Assembly (NCBI RefSeq): GCF_006345805.1
Contig: NC_043001.1
Span: forward strand, 45,880,001 to 45,944,000
Direction: 5' to 3'
From: Octopus sinensis
Taxonomy: Eukaryota
DNA: 64,000 nt
Each line of letters opens with the position of its first letter. Positions within the stretch are counted from its first letter, which is position 1. Under the pieces are notes generated by a model. It ran no database searches and was not told the DNA's origin. It saw only the letters and a program-made list of their open reading frames with translations. The translations under genes were made by a program, and so were the position numbers. Below, in pieces: positions 49,591-62,370 of this stretch.

Positions 49591-49787
49591 GAAATGATTA
49601 TTAATTTCTAGGGAAAATGAAAGTGATTTTCAATATCAGCATGCAAAACTACATCAGAACTACATCTGAAAATAATCTGGCCAAAATTTGAAAATCTTCA
49701 AGTGGTTGGAAGAAATTTAACCAAATTCAAAACTTGCGTGAAACTGTTAAAAACATAATATTAGTAATAATAGCTGAATGAACTTAC

Positions 49788-49932
49788 TTCAATTATAAAT
49801 GTGATATCTGTCCGTTTCCCAGAGGGACTGAAGTCAGCTGATTCACTGGACCATTCCTGCAGAAATACACTTTTGGAACTATTTCCTTCCAGTAGTTTAG
49901 GAGTCAAAGGATCACCATGTATTATGACACGT
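49788..49932 (-). CDS. Internal exon of unannotated minus-strand gene
   Basis: ttcttatttcatttcag|A RVIIHGDPLTPKLLEGNSSKSVFLQEWSSESADFSPSGKRTDITFIIE|gtaagt; consensus splice sites, 145 nt. Confidence 0.7.
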
Positions 49933-50414
49933 CTGAAATGAAATAAGAATATCATAAGTTTATTATTAATCTTTTAAATTTTCTTTGAGCAACAAAATGA
50001 TAATGATGATGATGATTGATAAGTTATATCATCACTGAAGTCATTGTTATCATCATCATTATCATCATCATCATCTCTACCACCAATATCAGAGTGTCTG
50101 TGTTCCCTGTATTAAATGCTGCACAAACATGATCAATGATATGAATGGTAGCCCCTGCTCTTTTTACTAAAATTGTCTAATGCCACTTTGACAATAGAGA
50201 CTCAACCAGTGAGAAACAGCAACCAAATCTCTTCCAAACCACACCCTACCAGTAGGAAAAATACACAAGATAACATCAGAAGTACGCAATGTCTAATGAA
50301 CAAAGACTAAGTATGGCCACAACTGGAAAGTCTTTGATGATAGGTTTACTTGATTGGAGTTAACTAACAGGGCTGTTGCTAGTCATGGCAATGAGTTATT
50401 CTCTTTTGCGGTAC

Positions 50415-50646
50415 CTATTTAGAACATAGTGGACTGGGCTATTTGAGAGTTCAAGTCTCTTGAGCAATGCCAATGAAAATCTAGGATATGAACAAGTGGT
50501 TGTCCAGAATCCTATCAACTTGACCACCTTAGATTTAGTTCTAGATTCTTCTGCTTTGGACACTATTTCAAACGTCCTTTTATCAGTACTTTGATTAATT
50601 TTGAAATGAGAGTAACAGAATTGAAAGAAAGAAAAATGACAAACCC
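50415..50646 (-). CDS. Internal exon of unannotated minus-strand gene
   Basis: 76 open codons VCHFSFFQFCYSHFKINQSTDKRTFEIVSKAEESRTKSKVVKLIGFWTTTCSYPRFSLALLKRLELSNSPVHYVLN; donor AG|gtaccg in phase with the 49932 exon. Acceptor is AAG (uncertain; an alternative lies near 50590). Confidence 0.55.
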
Positions 50647-50718
50647 CTTGTACATTGTTTCAAGAATTAAAATGAAGAGGAATGGAGGATTCTGTCTGTA
50701 TTCTATGTGGCACCTTAC

Positions 50719-50768
50719 TTATTTTTATGATCATATTTCTAACAATCGAATTATGTGTTTTCAAATAA
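50719..50768 (-). CDS. Small internal exon of minus-strand gene
   Basis: tttttgattatattgtcag|T YLKTHNSIVRNMIIKI A|gtaagg; a 72-nt intron removes an in-frame TGA and keeps phase. Confidence 0.5.
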
Positions 50769-51096
50769 CTGACAATATAATCAAAAACTAAGCAAAGATT
50801 AATTAAAATAATGGTAAGGTTTTTATTTATTGGTTGTGTTTAGCCTCGGGCCAGCTCTAATCCAGTAGGCCTATGATCAAACACATTTGAACCATTTGAG
50901 TTCATGCTGCAGTCCTGCCTTCAAAGGTCAGTAGATTATATTGATACTAGTATGTACCTGCTAGATATTTTATCAGCCACAGGAGGCTGAAAGGTAAAAC
51001 TGTCTGGATGGGATTTGAACTTAGACAGTAACCAAATACCTCAAGGAATTTTGCCTGATATTCTACAAAGTTAGAGCCAATATTTTTGCATGTGTA

Positions 51097-51139
<43 letters not shown>

Positions 51140-51929
51140 GTTTCTCGATCCTTGAAGGACTACTAAGAGCTAGTGTTTAGCTTCAGGCTCATTATGTGAA
51201 GTGGCTGATGAATAACCCTCTTTAGGATAAAATACCAGTCTATTATATGTAACACTCCTAGTCAGATGATGTGATATCCATTTCAAACAGTGACTCTAAC
51301 TAATGTAGAACAAAGTATCCTGTCCAGAAACAACAAAACAACTGTGAGAAATTTGAACTTAGTGATATGAACAATAGGCTCAATACTGCTCTATACTTGG
51401 CTCTGTACTCACCACTACCCTACATATGTATACATGTGTGATATATCTCTCTCAACACACACACACACACACACAGGGAGGGGGAAATTACTTATTATAA
51501 ACACATTTATATTATTAGTTTCTAAGTACATTTCACCATTGTGGGTACTTAGAATTCTGCATGGGATGTTCTAAGTGCAATTAGATGTTTAACAACGACA
51601 GATTATTAGGGAACACTTTATTGCATTATGTTATAGAGAATTAATGTCTAGAATTGGGTAGATGGAGAAGCATTTTCATAAAGGTAACCTCACCATCTGA
51701 TTCTCCTTATAAGGTCATTATTCCTGTGTAGCAAAAAGTTCCAGGTATAGTTGTTCACCAGGAATTAGCATACTTTTTAGTGATATGCCAAATTGCTGTT
51801 TATCCATGTTCCAGTAATCAAATCAGTGGAGCTCCACTGCTAGGGAGCAAGTTATGGTGTATCTTGTGTGCACAAAGATATGTTCAATTGTTACTGCTAC
51901 ATGCATAAAACTCTGTGTGTGTGGGGGAT

Positions 51930-52395
51930 ATATGCTAACATGTGTAGTAAGAGGTTTTCTTTCCAGACATATGGCTCTGGGTTTCAGTTTCACCACATGG
52001 CACTTTAGGCAAAGTATCTCTTTTTAAAGATAAGGGCCAACTAGAGCCTTGTGAGTGGATTTGACAGGCAGAAACTGAAAGGAGCCTGTCATATATCAAT
52101 ATGTACTTGTTTATATGTGTAAGTGTGAGTGTGTTTGCGCCTCCCTGTCTTGACAGTGAGCGATAACTGTGAATAAGAGTCAGTCATACAAGCAGTACCA
52201 TTAATTTCCAATATTCTGTGTGAACGTACCTGATTGTGGGGAAATATTACCTTACTTGAAAAAAGAGGCAAGGGTTGGGAACAGAAAGGTTGGGAACAGA
52301 AAGGGTGTCCGACTGTAGAAAACCTGTCACAAATAAATTCCATCTGACCCATGCAAGCATGGCAAAGTGAACATTAAATGATGATGATGATGAAT
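51930..52395 (+). mobile_element. SINE B head with RTE-type tail
   Basis: Homologous to 37295-37680. Confidence 0.65.
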
Positions 52396-52414
52396 ACATA
52401 TATATATATATATA

Positions 52415-52712
52415 TCACCGTGATCACTGTGACCGACCAGGCTATCAGATGTTGTTACACATCGCTGGTTACAATGCATTTCACATTGTTTTAGCCTTCA
52501 AATGACGCCACCCCGCTGACTAAGTGAGCAGGCCAACAGAAGAAAGAATGAGAGAAAGTTGTGGCAAAAGAGTGCAGCAGGGACCCCCCCCCCCTGCCAG
52601 AGCCTCGTGAAGCTTTAGGTGTTTTTCGTTCAATAAACACTCACAACGCCCGGTCTGGGAATCGAAACCGTGATCCTACAACCGCAAGTCCGCTGCCCTA
52701 ACCACTGGGCCA
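52415..52712 (-). mobile_element. tRNA-derived SINE (family C)
   Basis: Reverse complement of the 35714 head (ggcccagtggttagggcagcggac...ggtttcgattcccagacc). Confidence 0.8.
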
Positions 52713-55090
52713 TATATTAATCAACATACATAATTGTATAAGTTGTATAAGTATGTATATTATGAATGAAGTGATACAGCAAAAAAATTAATCAGTTCAC
52801 TAGAATCACAACCACCACCACCATCACTGCTACTGCTACCACATAGATCAATTAATTAGCTACAACACAATAGACTTTATGCAATTTAGATAAAACTAAT
52901 TTACAACAGTGGTCCCATGGTACCTAAGGTAGTGATTATAGGAGCAGGTTTGTCTTCTCCACTCTAGTAGATGTTGTTATACAAGTAGTGATGGTGAAGT
53001 GGTGATAGTAAGGAGGAAAATATATTTAAACGCATATATTCCCCACTTTTTGGCTTTATTTCTAGAATATGTGAGACACTAAACAAGAACTGGGGTCGAT
53101 GGTATCAACAAAGACCTCACTCTAAAATTACTGGCCTTGTGCCAAAACTTGAAACCATTATTATTATTATTGAAGCGGCAAGCTGGCAGAATCATTAGCT
53201 TGCCAGGTAAAATGCTTAGCAACATTTCAACTATCCCCGTTCTGCATTCAAATTCTGCCAAGATTGACTTTGCCTTTCATTCTTTCGGGTTAATAAAAAA
53301 AGTACCAGTTTAACACTGGGGGTCAATGTAATCGACCACTCCCTACCCAAACCTACTGGCTTTGTACCAAATTCTGATATCATTATTACTGAAGATGTCA
53401 TGCAGTATCCAATACTGTGATGTTGTAGATTGAAGGTATTGCGTGTACCAGGGGTTTATATTGTCTGTCAAGTCACAACAAGGACCTCAGACATACAATA
53501 CTTTACAAAGATGTGTGCAGTTCCCAGTAAAACGGATTTTTGCAATAGACTAAGATTGTAGGGTATTTCCAAAGTGTCTAGATGTTTCTTTATTATTATT
53601 ATTGCAATGAGCTGGAGAGAATCAAACAAAATGCTTAGTAGAATTTCTTCTGGCTCTTAATGTTCTGAGTTCAAGTTTGTCTTTCATCTTTTTGAGTAAA
53701 TAAAATAAAGTACCAATCAAGAACTGTGGTAGACGTAATCAACTAACCCCTCTCCCTATAATAGCTGATTTTACATCAAAATTTGAAGCAATTATTATTA
53801 ATAATAGTAATAATAAGGCAGTGAGCTGGTAGAACCATTAGTGGGTCAAACAAAATATTTAGTAGCATTTCTTCTAGTTCTTTATGTTTATCATCATCAT
53901 AATTTAGTGTTCGTTTTCCATGCTGACATGGATTAGATGGTTTGACTGAGACTGGCAAGCCAGAGAGCTGTACCAGGCTCCAGTTTGATTTGGCTTGATT
54001 TCTATGGTTGGTTGCCTTCCCTATGAATACCAACTATTCCAAGAGTGTAGTGGGTGCCTTTTATCTGTCACAACTATGATTTCATTTGGCTTGACGTATT
54101 TTCAAGCACAGCAAATCGCCAAAGGTCTCAATCACTTGTCATCAGCTCCATGAGACCCAAGATCTGAAGATCATGCTTCACCACCTTGTCCTATATCATC
54201 CTGGGTTTACAGTTGAGACTGACTTTGCCTTTCATTCCTTCAAGGGTCAGTAAAATAAGTACCTCCTTCTAAAAGACTACTGGCCATGTGCCAAAAAATT
54301 GAAACTATCTACTATAATAATACTCTTGTGTTTTTCTCTGTCACAATACATGAATGAGAAAGGAAGGGGTGATAGATGAATAAGGAAGGAAGGAAGGAAG
54401 GATGATGGAAATTCTATGATGGAAAAAAAATCAAACAGCATTTCAACTCTGTGAGTATATGGACAAGGTTGGAAAGATGCAAGCTCTGTTGATATCTTGA
54501 TCACATTTGCTTGATGGTGAGGCTTTTGTTTTGGATGGGGGTCAAGACTTTGCCTAAAGATGTAGTCAATTACAATCATAGAGAAATGGAACCAAAGTGT
54601 CACACTGAAGGATTCTTGCAATTTTAGAAATCAGAATACCATTGATCATAAATTTGCTCCATCTGAGCTGACCCAGGGTTGAACTACAACTACAGTTCAA
54701 AGAAGAAAAAAAAATACCCTAGTAAAATGACAAAACATATAGTGTCAAGAAGACCTGGAGATCACATGATCAATCCTCTGTTTTGAATTATTCAATCTCT
54801 TCTACTGCACACATTGCTAAATGTGGATTTTCAAGTATGAGAAGAATCTTCCCTACTAAACATGCTAATATAAGAAATCCACAAACCGAAGATGCTAAAC
54901 CAATTCTTTTTTCATATCTAATGATGCTGTAATTTTGTTTTTCTTCTATATTTGATCCAAATTATTTAAATGCAGTAACTTGTGACATACACACACACAC
55001 ACACACACTACTCTTAATGATTTTTAACAGAGGCACTCGTCTCATGAGCATTGGTATTAAGATTAAATTACAAAACTATATTTTGTTTAC

Positions 55091-55228
55091 CTCTCAGGAG
55101 CTCCTTGATATTTTCAGCATCAGCAAAAATTGTTCTATTGTCAGCAAACATAAGATAAGGATATATGCATTCTAGACAAACTGTTACAACTTGTTTGGAG
55201 TTGAACATTTTCACTAGCACATAAATGG
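55091..55228 (-). CDS. Internal exon of unannotated minus-strand gene
   Basis: gttttaatgtag|CC IYVLVKMFNSKQVVTVCLECIYPYLMFADNRTIFADAENIKELLR G|gtaaac; all three + strand frames after the 55097 AG are closed. Confidence 0.55.
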
Positions 55229-57552
55229 CTACATTAAAACTTAAACATTTAGATTGCTCTGTTAAATATAAGCTTATTTATTCACATTGTTTTGAATAAA
55301 TTATGCATTATCCCATAGCTATGAGATTTCAATGATGTGCTTGTTTATTTCTAGAATGATATTGTGGGGGTAGATGTGAGAGGCCAGATCAGGCTGGTTT
55401 GAATGTAATATGGGTAGAATATTTGAACCAGATATAGCCTGTTTAAATAACAAATTTGAGAGGATGCAAAATTGTCTAACATTTGAATAAGAAAATATCC
55501 AAAATTTCCTTTTTTTTTTCTTTGTGGTTGCATTAGCTGAATCACTACAACACATATTGTTATTATTAGATAATCCTGTTTGGTATTTCTTTAGTAAAAG
55601 CATGTGGTCTAGTTGGGCTCATGACCATTACAGTGTATTCAATTTCTGGATCAGGCAGTGCACTGTGTCCCTCAGCAAAACATTCAGTTTACTCAGCTGC
55701 AAAAGAGTGTTGCAGGCTGGTGCATCCATTTCTTCCTCAGCTGTTATATCCTGCAGGATCAAAGGTGAGAGAACTTAGAAAGTGTCTACACCTGCTCCTG
55801 GCTAGGTAAGTGCCTAAAACAATTAGTAAAAGCATAGTATATGCTAATGAGTCATACTTGCTTGCAAGTGATGGCTATGATTTTATGGTTACATGTCATT
55901 AGCTTCCATGGCTACAGAGAACCCATCTGTGTATACAGTCAAATACAGCTTTACCGCCTTGGTCATAGAAACCATGATTCAGATGGCAGCTTGCCTGTTC
56001 CTTTTGTTCCAAGTACATTTATAAGATAACTAATATAAACTTTGCCAACTGTTGACTATAATCTTATCTCCCTTTGATTAATACAAGCATGATAATCTCC
56101 TCGATCAAAAACTGGATCACTAATGGATTTCTTCTTTATCAGTTTGAATTTTTCCACTAAACCAGACAAGATTTATTGAGTGTGCTTAACAGAACAACCA
56201 ATCACCATAAGTATTTCAGATATTTCACAACACACACCAGTTCTATCAATTCGCTCCCTTAATAATAATTTTTAGACTAGCACAAGGTCTTATATTTTAG
56301 GGGAGAAGGTATAGCTGATGAAATCAACCTCATATACATACATGAATGAATCTTCTGGCAAAATTACCTATTTATGGGCTCAGTCTTTCTCATATCTCAG
56401 ATCTATGGCTTTCTGCCAAAGTGCACCATCAGCACTGGTGTGTCCTAATGGTTGACTTTCTTCCCCACTGCTTTTCCTTGTATACATCAATCTACTTGCT
56501 GTCACATTCAGCAACGTCTGCTTTTACAGAAGTGATACCATCCTCACTCATCTTCTACTGAAGCCACAGCCATCTGCAACCTAAAAAAACCTTATACTAA
56601 ATATGTACAGATTGTGTTACTGTCTCCTTGCTTTGACTTCATGTGATTGTTGTAAATGAATGTCATCATCAGGCATGTAGTGTCTTTCACTTCCAATCTT
56701 CCATGAAAAACATGTCTGGTCATGGGAAATGTTACTTTTGCTTGAAAACAGGTGAGGGTTGGTGACAGGAAGGACACCAAGCTGTAAAAAATCCGCCTCA
56801 ACAAATTTCACTAAACCCATGCAAGCATGGAAGAGAAGATGTTAAATGATGATGACAACAACGATGACTGTAGAACTTACTGATCTTGAGTCTTCATCAA
56901 TCAAGCACTTTTATCATATTTATGTCTCTTCTCTTTATTAATAGTGTCCACCTCCACTCCTTAACTAACCACTTCAGCTTGTCTTTCTTTACTAGGAAGT
57001 TGAGTTACTGGGATTCACTCCTGGTATGCTTTCTCACCTCAACTTGAAGCACTTCAGAAGGAAATGTTAAGTACATCAATTACACCACTTTCAGAGAGAT
57101 TACGAAGGCCTAGACACATCTTCTTCCACCAGACCAAGTCAACAAAAAGAAAAATGTAATCCATGACACTCATCATCATTGTCATCATTCTTACATTTCT
57201 TTTTCCATGTTGGCCTGGATTGCACAAATTGTTGTCGACCAAGTCCTTAGTCAGTTACTGCACTCCTTGATAGTTTGGTATATCTTGCTCAGAGAGTCCA
57301 TTTTTTGGCATGTATTTTATGCCTCTGTATCCTCCTACCACAAACCAGTTTACAGGGTGTACTAAGTACATTTTATTGTGCCTGGTGCTGTTTCCGTTCA
57401 TTTGCCAACCACATTCTAGTGTACTGAGTACACTTTATCATGTCACCAGTACTAGAGGGGTAACCTTGTCTCTGGTAAGGCTAAAGAGTCCTCTCTGCTC
57501 TACAGTGTCTCTATTCACTTGTTTACAATTTTTGTTTTTTAGACCATTTAAA

Positions 57553-57842
57553 CAAGGAATTCTCAACCATTTCTTCTATCTACGGACCTCTTTGATTACT
57601 AATTTATTCTGGTGGACCCCCATAGCAGTTCAATGATTAAAAACTAGTTTTATAGGAACTTCTTTCAATATTCCTATTTTGTTTTCACACATTAACTTGT
57701 GTACATACATCTAAAGTAAAATTTTTTCACGGGCCCTTAAAATACTATTGTGGATCCCCAATTTACTATTTTGTGGTGTGGGCCCCCAAAAATTTTATAT
57801 GGACCCTCAGGGGCCACATGAACCCTGGTTGAGAACCACTGA
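57553..57842. mobile_element. Degenerate hAT-type MITE
   Basis: Right TIR ggttgagaaccactg, degenerate left caaggaattctcaacc; no TSD seen. Confidence 0.55.
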
Positions 57843-58319
57843 CTGCAAAGACAACCACTTTTTATTGCCAAATCCATTTTTACTGTATATTCCAAAGTTC
57901 CTAATTTGAGTTTCAAACTTTGGAAAATTTAGAAAGTAGCATATATATATATATAGATATCATTTACAGGGATCAAAGAGAGATTTGATAAAATTTTTCG
58001 GTAATTTTCATAAAACAATGGAATATAGGAAGGCTTTTAAATGCCAAACTTGCAGTATAGAGTTGTGATATCAAGAGTTTGGGAAGGAGAAAACTTCTGT
58101 CCTCTTGTTCATTCTTCCTTCAATGTGAAAGTTTGGTACAAAACTTGTAGGAATTTTTCCCATTTATTTTTACTATTTTACACCTAGAAGAGATATAATA
58201 TTCATACATTTACATTTAAAATTGGAGAAATGTGCATGCGCATGTGCACACACACAAACTAAAAAGAGAGGTTTGTATGGTTACTTGATCTTCAAAAACA
58301 GCAGCCGTCTTCCTCTTAA

Positions 58320-58540
58320 CCCTTTCGATACCAACCTGCCTGAAACCGCCTCTGACTCTGTAGTACAAATGTCTTGTTTTCATAAGTTCTGAATTAAAAT
58401 CTGTCACCAAACCTTAGTCACAATTTATGTTCCTAACACTAGCTGAATGATAACTAAATTATTTTACTAAATTCTTTGTTATATTTAAAGAAATTGAAAG
58501 AACAACAGAGCATCTCAAAATAAATATGGTAACGAAAGGG
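58320..58540. mobile_element. piggyBac-like MITE
   Basis: TTAA on both sides (58316-19, 58541-44); 14-bp TIR ccctttcgatacca / tggtaacgaaaggg with 1 mismatch; degenerate relative near 22772-22930. Confidence 0.85.
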
Positions 58541-58762
58541 TTAAATCTCCTTCTTACTAAATTTAAGACACATTGAATAATGTAGTCCTGAATATATCAT
58601 CTGAAAATCAGACAGACTGTCCATTTCCTTATCAGAACTGACTTCGAGTTAACCAGCAATAAAAGTCCATCCAACCATATATAAATTGTGTTGAGACAAA
58701 AGTTTTGTAATATTTTAGTCATTTATTTGCTTGATTTATCAAGTTACAACAAAAGCAACCTA

Positions 58763-58798
<36 letters not shown>

Positions 58799-58858
58799 CT
58801 GTGTATGTATTGTTGGCAATTTTCTTCCTCCGTCTTCCCTTCCTTTGGACTTGCCTCT

Positions 58859-58894
58859 ATTTCTGAAGAAGAGCTTTGCTCGAAATGTTAAATC
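58859..58894 (+). ncRNA. Minimal type I hammerhead motif in a short repeat
   Basis: attt-CTGAAGA-A-GAGC ttt GCTC-GAA-ATGT-T-aaat; stem III ATGT is probably CpG-decayed ACGT; stem I is weak. Confidence 0.6.
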
Positions 58895-60199
58895 CTCTTT
58901 CCTTCCATTCCTGAGCATCTAATAATACAGTACTTGTACCACATCCTTGCATTATTGTTTTTTCTTGTTTGGATTCACTATACACACGCACACACACACA
59001 CATATAGGGTAGGTTATACAAAGAGAGCAGTAGTACTTAATAGAATTTGGAATTCAGTGGAATCTGGGGTAGAACAAAAACAGAGGGGTAAAACAGAATT
59101 GGGTCAGAGTGGAATAATTTTGGTTACAAGAGAGGGCTGACAAAATTAAATACAGAAGAAAACTAGTTCCTATTTTATTTTTTGGTATATACGTATATTT
59201 ATTTGTGTATGAGGAGTATATATATATATATGGTGATGGATCTTCTGTTGTTTTAAACTATGAGCATTCAGTTGTTGATTCAAATTAACTACCTACTCAC
59301 TAAATTGATGTGTAAGTGGCTGAGTTAATTCAGCAAGCATATGGGTTTAATATAACTCTCAGACTGAATCAGCATGATACAATAGTAATATGTGACAATG
59401 CATTGTCATGTATTACTATAGAGTCACGCTGATACATCACCTTTGAATTACAAGTAGAGTTCATCTGACAGACTTTATAAACAGTCCTTGTCTAGCCAAT
59501 TTCTCTCACAAGGCTTGGGTTGATCTGAGGCTCTAATGAGAGACACTTGCCCATGATGCCATGCCATAGGACTGAACCTAGGACTTGCTGGTTATGAAAA
59601 AAGCTTTTTAAGTCTTTATCTTTGCTTGTTCTTGCCGCTCTGTCCCCACACTCACATGCACGTGATGTGTGTGAAAGATTTCTGCATAGATATATGTATG
59701 TTTATCATTTTCTGGTATTCATATTTTAAGTAACAATTTATTGCGACATCAGCAAAACACAATAACAGCAACGGACAACAAAAATAACATTTATAATAAT
59801 GCCATAAACAACAAAAACAACCCCATTAGCAGTGGTAATGTCCTTGCAATCTCAAAGATGTGTGTCAAGATAACAAACAATATTATACAGTATCATATTT
59901 CATCATTATCATCATCATCATTATAATTGGTGTCATTTTAATATGTTTCAAAGCTAACATAGGTTCAGATCTGCAAAGCTGCTAATCATTCCTCAAACAA
60001 TTTTATTTCCACAACAAACCTGAGACCTTGATCCTAAGAAATTATTTCAGGGAAACAATAACTTAAAAAAAATTTCTTTTTTCTTTTGCAACTGAGAAAA
60101 TAGTAAGAAGTTTCTAAAATTTGGAAATATTTTTATATAGTTACATAACAGACTTTCTTGTGTCGGTGAGAGATCTTCATCACTGCTGCCACCACTGTA

Positions 60200-60770
60200 A
60201 TCATCATCATCATTTTACAATGCTTGTACGGGTTGAACAGGTCCTTTCCAATACAGCATCCTGCCACTTGCTGTGTTCCTTTGTCATTTTCTGTGTAAGG
60301 TTCAGCTTCCTGAGATCAACTTTCTACCCATGTATTCTTCTTCAACAGGTTCCTTCCATTTGGATATTCTGACACTTCTTCACCCCACCTGTCTATCACC
60401 ATCGACATGCACACACTCTAAGATTCCTCTTATACCCAGTTTTCCCTCAGTTTGTCTGTGCCACATCATTCATGCACACTAACATTATACATCATGCTTT
60501 CTTTCCAACTTTTGCCCATCCTTGCATTCAGTGCCCATGTTCCACCACTATCAGGATTGTAGTTTGTACACAATGCATCATACAAACAAACCTTTGCTCA
60601 GAGAGAGAATCCTATATTGGCAAAAGGTAATAGCTCCCTGTACTTTTCTCACTCTATCATAGTTATGGTTACCATACTTTCTGAATACCCCACTCCACAG
60701 CAGGATAGTCATTTCATCTAGCTAATAAACAAACTGAATCTGTTCATTAAAAATTTCCTGTGTTGTCATC
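60200..60770 (-). mobile_element. Old RTE LINE 3' fragment
   Basis: Minus-strand remnants GLFVYDALC, MYNVSVHE, VKKCQNIQMEG and DLRKLNLTQKMT; (GAT)n tail. Confidence 0.65.
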
Positions 60771-61001
60771 ATCATCATCATCATCATTGTTTTAACATTC
60801 ACTTTCTATGTCTGCAAGAATTAAATGAAATTTATAGAGGCAAATTTTCTACAGCTGGATGCCCCTCCTGTTGCTAACCCCCACTTGTTTCCAAGCATGG
60901 TAATATCCCCCATGACCAGATATGTTTTTCATGAAAATGAAGCACAATGCATGTATGACAGTGATAACTATCATATAAAGTCAAGCTAACAAGACAGTAA
61001 C

Positions 61002-61037
<36 letters not shown>

Positions 61038-61609
61038 TTTCATTCAAGTTTCATCAATAAAATTCACTCACAAGGCTATAGTAGAAGACAGTTGTCCAAA
61101 GTGCCGTGCAATGGAATTGAAGCTGAGACCACGTGGCTGGGAACTAAAATTCTTACCATATAACCATGCCCGAAAAAACCCATAATTAATGGAGCCAAAC
61201 TTCCTTTCAATCACACATTAGTGTCTTTAAAAAAAAGAAAAAGAAAAAGAAAGACAGTTTGGAAACTATGGTTCCAGAATGACTGTCTGAACAGAATACG
61301 ACAGGGAAGCTTTTAATCATTATGTCTTCTTAATCAAAGATGACCTGGGGCTAAAACAGCAATCCCAGTTTGGCATCTATTTAAAAGAAAAAGAGTGATG
61401 TGCTATAGTAGAGATGTATCAGTTTGAGGTGGCAACAAGCTGTGCATGCAACCTGGTTTCAAATCCTGCCAGTAATCTATCCATTCCATTGTAATTATAT
61501 ATGTCATGAGAAAATAAAGTATGGTTACCATAAGTTTTTATACTTGCCACTTTGCCTTTACTTAGTAATGGAGACAACCTCCCCCCTAAAAAAAAAAAAA
61601 CTAAAACTG

Positions 61610-61950
61610 TATTATTATTTTATACTTGTTACCACCTTGAAGAATTTTTAGTTGAATGAATCAACTCAGTACTTTTTTTTTCTAAAGCCTGGTACTTATT
61701 CTGCTTAGTTACAAGGACGTAAACACACCAAGACTTTTTGTCAAGCAGTGGTGGCGGTGGTGGGGTGGACAAGGAGACACAAAGATACACACACACACAA
61801 TTGGCTTTGCTTAGTTTCCATCTACTAAATCCACTCATAAGGCTTTGGTTGACCGAGGCCATAGTAGGACACTTACTCAAGGTGCTACACAGTGGGACTG
61901 AATCCAGAACCATGTGGTTGGGAAACAAGCTACTTACCACACTGCCATGC
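61610..61950 (-). mobile_element. SINE family B
   Basis: Homologous to 2378-2760. Confidence 0.75.
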
Positions 61951-62236
61951 CTATACCTATACACATCTTAAAGGATATATCAGAGATACGGCGAAGTGTT
62001 ACATAAACTGCTTCACATTATTCTTTAGATTAAGCATGGGTAAACCCCTTTTGAGAGACAGGCTGCATGAGACATGGCTCATCATCAGGCAGATTGCACT
62101 ACTAAAAGAATTTAAGGTAATTTTTCATTAGGAGAGCCACAAGCTGCCCATGGCTAATTTAGATCCTTTTATGATCTCAGTTCAAATCCTGCTGAGTGAA
62201 GTTGACTTTGCTTTTCATCTTTCTGGCCTTGATGCA

Positions 62237-62370
62237 TTAACCTTTAGCATGCTTAGTGCATCATGTCATCATGAGTTTTCTCCCCTGTAGCTGAAGGTGC
62301 ATTGTGTTATATTGAGAGGGGAGAAAACTCATATGGTGACATGATGTGCTCACAATGTGCTAAAGGTTAA
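62237..62370. mobile_element. Small TTAA-flanked fold-back MITE
   Basis: TTAA-cctttagca ... tgctaaagg-TTAA; ~50-bp imperfect inverted arms around a ~30-bp spacer. Confidence 0.75.

Noticed and set aside
46776-50720. In-frame TGA codons (about 46811 and 50660) suggesting selenocysteine or read-through
   Set aside because: Both are removed by plausible GT-AG introns, and no SECIS was recognised.
54790-54930. Possible hAT dimerisation-domain remnant (IAKCGFSSMRRIF)
   Set aside because: One short motif with no TIRs or further transposase sequence.
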